DNA of 63,673 bases, the filler included, from Nemertoderma westbladi (taxonomy: Eukaryota > Animalia > Xenacoelomorpha), in the NCBI GenBank assembly GCA_032718475.1. It is 4 parts of 4 records of this genome, joined end to end, with 100 filler letters (N's around TTAATTAATTAA, not from the genome) between each part and the next. Parts side by side here need not be neighbours in the genome. Positions count along the whole stretch, not along the records: positions 21,416 to 40,875 come from JAUCBJ010005567.1; 3 more parts are not named here. The stretch is one strand, 5' to 3'. Both the position numbers and the translations under genes were made by a program. The notes under the pieces are model-generated. The model was not told the origin of the DNA, made no database searches, and saw nothing but the letters and a program-made list of their open reading frames with translations. Within the stretch, counting starts at the first letter, position 1; every line of letters begins with the position of its first letter. This document shows positions 23,525 through 33,760 of the stretch, piece after piece.

Positions 23525-23828
23525 TTTGCACGGCTTTGCGACAGTTAGACCTCACTGATGACCCATTGTGTGTCAGGGCGCTAATCAGTCTGATTAATTA
23601 GGATAATCAATTAAACCCTAATTAGGAGTCGTAAGGCACCTATTAGGGTTTAATTGTACTAATTAATTGATGCCACCTATCAATTTGGGTCTAATTAGCC
23701 TATTTGGGAGGTGTCACCCAGACAGTCTGGCGCCAATGACACCCAATGACACCCTACGGGTGATAATAGGGTGTCATATGACACCCAATGGGTGTCAGTG
23801 AGGTCTAACTGTCACAAAGCCGTGCAAA
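23525..23828. mobile_element. Fold-back/MITE-like element with ~50-bp inverted arms
   Basis: 23525-23575 tttgcacggctttgcgacagttagacctcactga.. is inverted at 23779-23828; internal hairpin aattaaaccctaat/attagggtttaatt. Confidence 0.75.
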
Positions 23829-23903
23829 CCTATACTACTGACGGTGCAGGGCTACCAATTTCATTCGGAAGTTGAAAGGGAAGTAAGAAGGGGAAAGGAA
23901 AGG

Positions 23904-24470
23904 TGTTAGCTTATCCAATTCCGCTAACCAACCCATAAAGTGAGGTTTTAAGCAATATTGGGGAACACGAGGGTGATCAATCAACCTCGTGTCACCCCAA
24001 CAAAGTGGGAGGGAGAAACATACACACAATAGAGGTCAGGGGTTACACCCCTGAGAGAGAGAGAATAGCAGGGGCGAAGGGAAACACTTCAGGGGAGGTG
24101 AAAGGGCGACAACAGGGTTATTAACCAATGGGGGGAAGGCACCGGCTGAGTAACGTAACAATGGCCAACCGTGCAGTATACATTATCAGTACAGTGTATC
24201 ATTTAGTCAGTGTGTCATTTTAGTCAGTGTATAGTTAGGTTAGTTTAGCTAGGGAAGTACCGGGACTTTAATTACCGTCCTCATTACCCGTCCTCCATTT
24301 ACTATCAACATTGTGTATCATTTATCTATATCAGCTATATTTCATCTTATATTATATTATACCCGGGAAGCTATATACAACGATCAATAAACTCTTTCAC
24401 CTTTCACACACGGCGGGGACGCATGGATTGAAAACCGGATAAACCAGGATCCTTCGTGGATCCCGTCACA
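23904..24470 (+). repeat. Element A 5' LTR
   Basis: Direct repeat of 34410-34976. Confidence 0.97.
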
Positions 24471-24479
24471 GTAATTAAA
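24471..24479 (+). promoter_or_regulatory. Non-tRNA PBS of A (GTAATTAAA), complementary to LTR site 24267-24275
   Basis: Abuts the 5' LTR; 9/9 complementarity to TTTAATTAC. Confidence 0.75.
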
Positions 24480-24539
24480 CCCGCGAGTGATTGAATCGGA
24501 GCTGCTACCCTAGTTAACTAAACTCGAGATAATAACAAG

Positions 24540-27500
24540 ATGAGTCAACCAGAGGGAATGACACCGCCTGGACCCCGGACGGAGACCTAACGATCCGCGA
24601 GGCCGTGACGAGATGGTATGGACCCACGACGCTGGTCGATACCACATCGACCACGTCGACGCTGGTCGATGCCACGTCGATAACGAGCGAACCGGCGACC
24701 CAAGATGAGGGGGACCGTCTACGAGTAGAGGAAAGCGAGTCGAGAGAAGAGGAAAGCAAGTCGAGAGGAGAGGAAAGCGAGTCGAGAGAAGGAGGAGACA
24801 AGACGGGAGAGGAGAAAGACGAGTCGACGCGGAGCGAGGGTCGACATACCAATGTCGCCGGCCAGCCACAGGCCGAGGGCGACGGACGGCCCACCGGAAC
24901 AGCAACGGTGGGGCCGCCGGACCCGGAGAGATGGGGGAGAGGTTGGCGACGAGGACGTCGGGGTCAGCGATCAACTTCAACGGGCCTACAATGCGACCCG
25001 GAAACTACTTAAAGAGACCAAGGAAGGGGCCGAGATAGACCAGGTGAAGTTAAGGAGAAGACTAGGTGAGTCGAACGAACATTTTAGTTATCTAATGCGC
25101 TTTGGGCAGAGAGAACTGGCCAAGGAGAGAGCGAGAGGGGTTGCCAACGAACTGTATGATTTATGGGAGTGTAGGGGTATGCAGCCTAGTGTAGTGTACA
25201 TAGGGCCATACTTAGTCGATGCCCGGGGAGTAAAATTAGCGGGTTGGAGAAGACCTGAGGAGGGCGAATCCGAGGTTAACCCCGAGGATTCGGTCTCATC
25301 GGTCGGAGAGAATTCCGGTTCCGGGAGGCGGGGGAGAGTTAGTAGGACGGGAAGGCGGAGAGAATCCGTCACAACCGATAAGTCTGCTACATCCTCCGTA
25401 AAAGAAAGACGGGTGAGGGAAATAAATGCGGCGTGTCATCTTGAACTGATAGCGCAAGACCAGAGAGAAGTAGAGAGACAGTTGGAGGAGGGGAAAGCGC
25501 TATTAGAGAAAGAAATGGAACTGGTTAGAGAGACTGGAGAGAGGGCCGAGAGAACCGCAAGAAGCTTCAGGGAGTGCGAGGAAATAGGGAGGAAGGAACA
25601 AGAAGAGCGTGAGGCGAGAGAGGAGAGTGAGCGTAGGGAGCATGAGGCGAGAGAGGAGAGTGAGCGTAAAGAGCGCAGGGCGGAACGTAAAGAGCGCGAG
25701 GCGAGATGAGTGGAGAGAATTGAGAGAGAGAGGGAATTGGCCGAGCAGAGTCGGGAGACAATAGCAGAGGGGAAGCGTGTGCGGGATGCTTTACATGCCC
25801 GCCTAGGGGGGCTAATTCAGTACCAGACCAAACAGAAGCGCAGACTGAAACTGGCCCAGATGGGGCTGTCAGAGAGTGGCGCTGGCTCGAGTGCTTTCGA
25901 GGAGCAAAGGGTCGAGGGAACATTTATTAGTACCCCACTTACAGGAACCGCACGACAGACCCGAGACTGGTGTGACCGTACGGGCGGGGGGGGTAATAAT
26001 AGTACTACAGTAGATGACGTTAATATTAATAGTACTGTATTGGATAATCCTAACCAAACCTTTATTGCAGGAAATACTTTACCTAGTAGTAGTAGTTTAA
26101 ATTTAAATACAAATAATCTAAATAATAATTTCAATTTAAACGTGCAAAATAACCCGAATAGTAATTTAAATTTAGAAAATAATAATAATCCAAATAATTT
26201 AAATAATCCAAACCCGAATTTACAGAACGATTCAAATAGTGTAGTCGCGCAAAATAATTTAAATGATTTTATTTCGAACGAACAAAATGATTCCGTTTCT
26301 GATATGGGTGCTATTAACGTGGACGCGTCGGAGGTGTATGACCGACAGACGGCGGCCTAGTAGGCCACGTAGTTAGTAGGAAGGGGGCGGCGGGGTTGAG
26401 CCGACCCGACGGCGGCCTGGTAGGCCACGTAGTTGGTAGGCAGGGGGTGGCGGGGATGAGCCAACCCGAAGGAGGCCTGGTAGGCCAGGTAGCAGTAGAG
26501 AGAGAAGCGGGGGTGAATAGACCTAGCCGCAGTAGAAACACTGTGTCGACTGGAGAGGGGTGCAGAAGTGAAGTAAGAGGTAGCGGCGTGATATGTGGCG
26601 AGTGGGGGGGGGGGCTACAGGAGCCCCGCAACGAGAAGTTAGTGGCAAGCGGGGGGGCTACAGGAGCCCCACAGCGGGAAGTTAGTGGCGAGAGGGGGGG
26701 GCAGAGAGTGTCCCACAGGCGTCGTCGGATAATGCGCGGGCCGAATCAGGTATACCGCAACACCCAGCGACGGAGAGTAATAGGGGGATTGCGAGTATCC
26801 CCAGCAGGGTGTGATCGAGCAGAGAGAGGCAGGTTGACGTCGCGAGAGGGCGGACAGAGCGCCGAGCCCGATCAGAAGAGGGGAGGAGAATAGTGGAGTT
26901 TAACCGGGGGGTCGACGAGAGATCTCACGAGCCGGAATACTGCACTGAAAAGAGAAGAAGAGAGGATAGTAGGAGAAGTATCGCCGCGAACGATAGGAGA
27001 GCGAGGACGGATAGGGAGCCGTCGGTAGTCGAGATGGAAAGAGAGCCATGCTGGCAGAGACAATGTAGGCGATAGGATAGCGAGGGCGATGGGATTAAAC
27101 CCGGAAGTCGCGGAATACATACCGGTAGGTAGGCCAGAAGCTGATAGGCCCATACCGGTACCAGTGCAGCAGTATGACTACAGCACGAAAGGACATAACA
27201 TATACCCAGGGGAGGGGGGAATTATTGCGGATAGGTGCATGGGCCCCAATATATTAACATCAACCCCAGTACCAAACATACCGGTGGGGGGGGGGACAGG
27301 GTGACATTCCCCCATCACAATATCAACAATATACCCCAATAGGAGCAAGAACAACGAACCCCTTGGATAAAAATAGGTCATGCGACACAGAAATATGGAG
27401 GGGGCCGCTACCCCCAATGATATACCCAAGCCAGAGGAAGGCAGGAAATAGGACGGACGGACCGCACCCAACAGGAGAAACTATGCAACATCCATCGAAC

Positions 27501-28066
27501 CCATAGGAAGCACAGGCGATGGGAATGGCCACGTTAATCGATGCGCTAAAAACTAGGATCGAATTACCACCCGTGGAACTGTTCAAATTCGATGGGAGTA
27601 GGCTGGAAGAATACCTACAGTTTCGGCGCATGTATAGTAACGAAATACTAACAAAGAACTTGACGCAGGCGGAGTGCCTAAAGTATCTGCAAGTATATAC
27701 AGGAGGCCCAGCATACGACATCGTGAGGCAATACCAGGGCATAGAGGGCGGCTTCACGACAGCATGGCGGGCACTGGACAGGGAATACGGGCACCCGGCC
27801 AAGATCATCCGGCAAACCCTGAGAGGCATAACATCGGGTGGCCTACAGGATAATCCTGTTAGTATTAAGACGTTCGCAAACAAGGTCGAGAAGGCGCTAA
27901 TCGTACTAAAGACGCTAGACGCACCATACGAGCTCAACGCGTCCAACAACATCACCACGATAGCGCAGGCACTACGCAACAAGCTGTACAATGGCTTCGC
28001 AACAAGTGGAGGAAAATCGCTTTCTCCACTCGAGATAGAAAGGGTGCGGAACCGGGTCTAGAAGAA
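24540..28066 (+). pseudogene. Element A gag: long low-complexity/coiled-coil N-terminus, then DUF1759-like capsid region; stops and frameshifts
   Basis: E/R-rich and poly-N segments; ELPPVELFKFDGS..EYLQFRRMY..AWRALDREYGHP. Confidence 0.88.
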
Positions 28067-31000
28067 ATGTCGAGCTTCTTAAACTACGAAGCCGAGTTAA
28101 TAACCGACCCATTCTATAGCGAGGATAGCCTGGGAAAGGGACCAAGAACAGATTACCATAGACCGAAACCAGAACACAACACGTCAAACGCATTGCCGAA
28201 GCTCAGGCAATCACTGCCATACGCAGCGACGCAGGGGACTGCTAGTCCACAGGTAGCCGGGGGTAAGACCACATCATGGAGCAGACAGGGGAAAAATAAC
28301 AACACAAACAAACATGACCCTAGTACGCCCAGTAGGCCGAACCCAAACAATAAGAATAGTAGGGACTTTGGTACAAATGCAATCGCAATATGCAATGCAT
28401 TGTATAAGGACGGATACGACCCAAAGAGCAAATGCCAGCTACATACAAATGCGCTTCATCAGACCATGAACTGCAGGTACTGGCAAGCATTACCCAGTGA
28501 AGATCAGGTAGAATACGCGGCGAGAAATGAGATCTGCTCGCGATGTGTGATGAGTGGACATAGAGCTAGACAATGCGAGGAAACGCCGATTAAGTTCGGT
28601 CAAAGTAAAGGCCAAATGATGGCAACGAGCACAGTAGGGGCGAAGAAGAGAGGAATTGTGCTACTTGGGGTAGTACCAGTGCGAGTGATCGGGGAAGGCA
28701 ATCGATCAGTGACCACACTGATGCTGGTCGACAGTGGAGCTGCCTTCACATTAGTCGAGAATTGGGTGGCCGAGGAGATAGGATTGAGGACAAGGCCAAG
28801 TAGGATGGCGGTAACAACAATCTCCAGCAAAGATGAGATCCTGGAGATGAGAACCGGATGGTGCGCGATAGCAGCAATAGCACCGGGATGCGACTATGGG
28901 GCGAGCATCGACCCCATCCAGGTGATAGAGTCGATAAACATCAACACCAGGCGACCAACAAACATCGAGGTCGAGCAATATAAATTCCTGGACAGTATCG
29001 ATTTCTCAATCCCAGAGGTGGACGTTAGGAAAGTGTCCATCATAGTAGGAATGGACTGCCAGACGGCCCACGAGAGAATGCAAACGGTCTTCGGCGAAGA
29101 CAGGCAGTGTGACCCGGTGGCGATTTTAACACCATTCGGGTGGACACTGAGCGGCCCAATCAAGAGTAAGATACCATTTAGGATGTCGGAGACATCAGGA
29201 TGCATGTTCGCGGGAACTATGCAGGAAATGGGTGATGAGAGAGCGGAGGAGCAGCTTAGGAGACTGCTCAGACAGGATTTTGAAGGATTAAAGGAGACCG
29301 GGGTCGGAACCTCGGTAGAAGACAAGCAGGCTCTACAGAGCGTAAAGGAGTCTATGAGGTGTGATGAGGGGCGGTATACCATAGGGATGGTATGGAAGCT
29401 ACCGAAGCTACCGCTACCCGATAATAGAGGGATGGTACTCACGAGGCTTCGTAAGTTGAAGCAGACTCTAAAACGGAGCCCCGAGAAGAATGACAGAACG
29501 ATTAAGAAGTACGTCGAGAAAGGATGGGCCGTGGAGTTACCGGTCGACGAGCCAAGCATGGACAGGACATATTACCTGCCACTCCACGTGGCTTTAGATC
29601 CGAAGAAAGGTAAACTGCGGATGGTAGTTGACGCATCAGCTAAAACCAACGGCAAATGCCTAAACGATTATCTGCTGGAGGGTACCAATATCTACAACTC
29701 GGGGATCGAGGTCCTACTTAGATTCAGGAATGGGAAACATGCCTTCACCTGTGACATAGAAGGCATGTTCAACCAAGTCCGTGTAACAGAAGAGGATAGC
29801 GATAGTCAACGATTTTTATGGTACAACGGCGACGAAGAACCGTCGACCATACTGGTGTACAAGATGATAGTACAGAACATGGGAGCCAAGTCGTCTTCGT
29901 TCACGACGACTATGGCTGTAAGAGACACAGTAAAGGGAAAGGAGGATAAATACAGCACTAGGGCCGTCGATATGATTCGACGCGGCTTCTACGTAGACGA
30001 CGGGATTGAGTCTGGAAACACGGTTAAGGAACTACTGGACACAGGGCGCGAGGTTCGCGACATCCTAAAAGGATCCGGCTTTAACCTAACCAAATTCCAA
30101 TCCAGCTTGGAGGAATTTATCAAGGCGATAGAGGACGAGAGACCAGAATCGACCATGGATAATCCCACAACAGCCAAGGGGCAGGACATGGCGAACAAGA
30201 GGATAGAGTCTCAGCAGAAGGCACTGGGAATCGTGTGGAATAGAGAGACAGACGAACTGAAGTACCAGTTGAGACAGGAGGGCGCAGACATCCACACAAA
30301 GAGGGGCTATGTGTCGTACATAGCAAGGATATACGATCCCCTAGGCCTAGCATCCCCACTACTAGTCACGGGGAAACAGATACTCAAGAGAGTATACAAA
30401 CTGAAGGATGAGTGGGACGTAGAAGTACCAGAAGAGATCAGGAAACAGTGGTGCAAGTGGACAGAAGGTTTGGGGCAGATGGGAACATACAGCATGCCAC
30501 GAGTGTATTTCCCGGATGGGGACATGACGAACCTGGATCTGCACATGTTCTCCGATGCGTCACTAGAGGCATACGGAGCGGCACTCTATTTAGTACAACG
30601 AGGCTACGTGGCTGCGAGGCTAGGAGTTAGGGCCACAGCCTACATAATGGACGCTATTCCCAACATAGTGGAGACACACTACTGGACGGATTCCATGGTA
30701 GTGCATGGCTGGCTACATAACGAGAAAACGAGATACCCTATATTCGTCGCAAATAGAGTGGACGAAATAAGGGCGACGACAGAACTAGAAAGGTGGCACT
30801 ACTGCCCTACGGACGAGAACCCTGCGGACTTGTTATCGAGGGGTGTGGCACGCCACACTTTCTTAAAAAAGGAAGTATTGTGGCAACATGGGCCACAGTT
30901 TCTGAGCGACAAGGAGGCCTGGCCACCGATGAGAAAGGTGGACCCGGGCTCAGGAGAAGCAGTATTAGGGGGAGAAGAGGGAGATTCAGAGGGAGAAGAG

Positions 31001-32473
31001 ATATACTCCCAGATGGTGAGGGAGATAAGGGACGTGCAACCAAAACCAGGAGAACTGTGCGACAACCCAACGGATAAACTCCTCAGCTATAGCTCTAGTT
31101 GGTATAAGACCAAGAAATTAGTGGCGTACTGGAGAGCCTTCGGGAATTTCCTCGCGGGAGTTGGCAAAGACGTAAAGACTAGGACAACAATAGATCTGGA
31201 AGGAGCGTCCAAAGCAGTCATCCGCTATGAACAACGGAAGAACTATGGCGACGAGGTGGAATGCGTCGGTAAACAACAGCATCTCCGACGGGACAGCGAG
31301 CTGATCACGCTGTTACCACAACTTAATAATGACGGGATTCTAGTAATGAACTCTAGGGTGGGATACAACAACAGCATCGTCGTACCACCGAAGCCCATCA
31401 TCATCCCCACAGGATCGCCGATAGTCTACCAGATTATCTGGGACTCCCACAAGTCGATATTGCATGGGGGCACCAACCGAACCCTCACGGAGATACGGAG
31501 GACCTTTTGGGTCAAACAGTTGAGGAAGAAGGTAAAAGCGGTAGTGGGGCAGTGCCAGACCTGCCGACGAGCGAAGAAGGAGCGAGCCATACAGGAGATG
31601 GCACCACTACCGGCGAGTAGGGTAAGACAGCACGACCCACCATTTACGCATTGCGGTGTGGACATGTTCGGGCCAATACAGATCAAGGTGATGCGGCACA
31701 CGGAGAAACGCTACAGTATTATCTTCGTATGTAACAACACGAGGGCAGTATGGATAGAACTCGCCCAAGATGCAACTGCATCAGCATTCATTAATGCCTT
31801 AGAAAGGTTCAGAGACCGCAAAGGGGGGACGATCGCAGTAATATACTCCGACAACGGAATCAACTTTGTGGGAGTGGAGAACGAGATGGCAGAGGCCTTG
31901 GAGGTCTTGGAAGGGGAGGAAGTCAGGGCAGCCATGAGACGACGACAAATAAAGTGGGAGAGGAGGACGCCGTATGCACCACATACCCTAGGATGCGTCG
32001 AGAGACTCGAGGGTAGTTCGAAGTGTCTTATGATGAAGTTGATGAACACCCATATGGTTACGGAGGACGTGCTGAGAACAGTACTTGCGAAGTGTGAGGG
32101 TATCATTAATAGCAGACCGCTATATCCAGAGAATGATGACCCTGAGTCACTAGACGTGCTGACGCCCAGCCATTTCCTAATGGAAAGGCCAGCGACCATC
32201 GACATGCGGGGTGTAGACCCAGATGACATACACTCCCGCCAGTGTTGGAAAGTCGCTAAGGCGATAAGCGCAGAGTATTGGAGGAGGTGGGTTGAGGAAT
32301 ACCTACCCACGCTTCACAGAAGAAGCAAGTGGAGGAACACGAACAGAGAGTTAAGAGAGGGTGATCTCATGATCGTTACGGATGATACAATCATCAACAA
32401 CCAGTGGCGGTTGGCGAGAGTCATAGGCACTTACTCCGATGAGGACGGAAGAGTCCGATCGGTAGAAGTGTGA
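28067..32473 (+). CDS. BEL/Pao polyprotein (CCHC, aspartic protease, RT, RNase H with deletion, integrase)
   Basis: CSRCVMSGHRARQC; LVDSGA; YYLPLH..KLRMVVDASAK; CDIEGMFNQV; FYVDD; FSDASLEAYG; YWTDS; NPADLLSRG; GVDMFGP; SDNGINF; WRRWVEEYLPTL; premature stop at 32473, native end near 32557. Confidence 0.95.
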   Translation: MSSFLNYEAELITDPFYSEDSLGKGPRTDYHRPKPEHNTSNALPKLRQSLPYAATQGTASPQVAGGKTTSWSRQGKNNNTNKHDPSTPSRPNPNNKNSRDFGTNAIAICNALYKDGYDPKSKCQLHTNALHQTMNCRYWQALPSEDQVEYAARNEICSRCVMSGHRARQCEETPIKFGQSKGQMMATSTVGAKKRGIVLLGVVPVRVIGEGNRSVTTLMLVDSGAAFTLVENWVAEEIGLRTRPSRMAVTTISSKDEILEMRTGWCAIAAIAPGCDYGASIDPIQVIESININTRRPTNIEVEQYKFLDSIDFSIPEVDVRKVSIIVGMDCQTAHERMQTVFGEDRQCDPVAILTPFGWTLSGPIKSKIPFRMSETSGCMFAGTMQEMGDERAEEQLRRLLRQDFEGLKETGVGTSVEDKQALQSVKESMRCDEGRYTIGMVWKLPKLPLPDNRGMVLTRLRKLKQTLKRSPEKNDRTIKKYVEKGWAVELPVDEPSMDRTYYLPLHVALDPKKGKLRMVVDASAKTNGKCLNDYLLEGTNIYNSGIEVLLRFRNGKHAFTCDIEGMFNQVRVTEEDSDSQRFLWYNGDEEPSTILVYKMIVQNMGAKSSSFTTTMAVRDTVKGKEDKYSTRAVDMIRRGFYVDDGIESGNTVKELLDTGREVRDILKGSGFNLTKFQSSLEEFIKAIEDERPESTMDNPTTAKGQDMANKRIESQQKALGIVWNRETDELKYQLRQEGADIHTKRGYVSYIARIYDPLGLASPLLVTGKQILKRVYKLKDEWDVEVPEEIRKQWCKWTEGLGQMGTYSMPRVYFPDGDMTNLDLHMFSDASLEAYGAALYLVQRGYVAARLGVRATAYIMDAIPNIVETHYWTDSMVVHGWLHNEKTRYPIFVANRVDEIRATTELERWHYCPTDENPADLLSRGVARHTFLKKEVLWQHGPQFLSDKEAWPPMRKVDPGSGEAVLGGEEGDSEGEEIYSQMVREIRDVQPKPGELCDNPTDKLLSYSSSWYKTKKLVAYWRAFGNFLAGVGKDVKTRTTIDLEGASKAVIRYEQRKNYGDEVECVGKQQHLRRDSELITLLPQLNNDGILVMNSRVGYNNSIVVPPKPIIIPTGSPIVYQIIWDSHKSILHGGTNRTLTEIRRTFWVKQLRKKVKAVVGQCQTCRRAKKERAIQEMAPLPASRVRQHDPPFTHCGVDMFGPIQIKVMRHTEKRYSIIFVCNNTRAVWIELAQDATASAFINALERFRDRKGGTIAVIYSDNGINFVGVENEMAEALEVLEGEEVRAAMRRRQIKWERRTPYAPHTLGCVERLEGSSKCLMMKLMNTHMVTEDVLRTVLAKCEGIINSRPLYPENDDPESLDVLTPSHFLMERPATIDMRGVDPDDIHSRQCWKVAKAISAEYWRRWVEEYLPTLHRRSKWRNTNRELREGDLMIVTDDTIINNQWRLARVIGTYSDEDGRVRSVEV

Positions 32474-32664
32474 ATAGGTGGCAAGATAGGTGCGAAAAAC
32501 AGGAAGACCTACAGGAGGGCTGTAGGGAAGTGCTGTCTACTAGAAGGGGCACCTTAGAATGGAGTTAGAGAGGAGTTTAGTCGTCCACGTTTTGGACTGA
32601 GGGGGGTGGGATTTAGGGCGAGACGCCCTTCCCACACATAAAATAAAAATAAAATAAATAAAAA

Positions 32665-32716
32665 TTAGAGTCAGAGTTAGTTAGTTAGTTAGGAGGTACG
32701 TAGTACCGAGAGTTAG

Positions 32717-32790
<74 letters not shown>

Positions 32791-33400
32791 GAGTTAGTTA
32801 GGAGGTACGTAGTACCGAGAGTTAGAGTTAGTTAGTTAGTCAGGAGGTACGTAGTACCGAGAGTTAGAGTTAGTTAGTTAGTTAGTTAGTTAGTTAGGAG
32901 TTAGTTAGGAGGTACGTAGTACCGAGAGTTAGAGTTAGTTAGTTAGGGGGTACGTAGTACCGAGAGTTAGAGTTAGTTAGTTAGTTAGGGGGTACGTAGT
33001 ACCGAGAGTTGGAGTTAGAAGTAGTAAGAGGGTACGTAGTACCGATAGTTAGTGGAGTTGGAAGTAGTAAGAGGGTACGTAGTACCGATAGTTAGTGGAG
33101 TTAGAAGTAGTAAGAGGGTACATAGTACCGTTAGTTAGTGGAGTTAGAAGTAGTTAGTAAGAGGGTACGTAGCACTGTTAGTTAGTAGAGAGAGTTAGTG
33201 GAGTTAGAGGAGTTAGTAAGAGGGTACGTAGTACCGGCTAGTAAGAGTAGAGTTAGAGGAGTTAGTAGGGGGGTACGTAGTACCGGTTAGTAAGAGTAGA
33301 GTTGGAAGTTAGTAAGAGGGTACGTAGTACCGGCTAGTAAGAGTAGTAGTTAGTTGTAGAACTAGTTAGTAAGAGGGTGCATAGAGCACCGTTAGTAGTA
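32665..33400. repeat. Compound (TTAG)n / ggtacgtagtacc tandem array inside element A
   Basis: Pure (TTAG)n at ~32718-32790; repeated gaggtacgtagtaccgagagttag units. Confidence 0.93.
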
Positions 33401-33529
33401 AGAATTAGTGATAGGGGGGTATAAAATAGTATATAGTAAGAGATAAAAGAGCACAATATATCATAGAAGTAGTAGCCAGAAAGGTAGGTAGGGTTAGTAG
33501 CACAAAATTTAAAATGAAAATTAAGGATA

Positions 33530-33760
33530 TTAGAATCACCTCCGAACTACAGAAGAGCCTTCAAGGCGGCCTTCAAAGGTCTGGTAGAACACCTGGGGCT
33601 GAAGGGCGAGTCGGTGTAATACGCCAGCCAGCATCTAGTAGACAGGGAGGTGGATAGACATCACATGGGCTGGAAGTGGATAGATATGGGGAGAAGCGAC
33701 TGGAAGAAGTCGCCAGGGGAGAAAGGCCGAGAGAGAATGAGGCGCGTTATGTAGACGAGC
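33530..33760 (+). pseudogene. Remnant of the ORF-Z N-terminus downstream of pol in A
   Basis: SPPNYRRAFKAAFKGLVEHLGLKGESV*Y..LVDREVD matches SPLSYRKAFKTAFEGLVDHPGLKGESVYY..LVDRDVD of B. Confidence 0.85.

Noticed and set aside
23554-23580. CTGATGA hammerhead core (also near 48232)
   Set aside because: No stem II followed by GAAA
32718-32790. Interstitial telomere repeat
   Set aside because: Unit is TTAG, not TTAGG or TTAGGG, and it lies inside an LTR element
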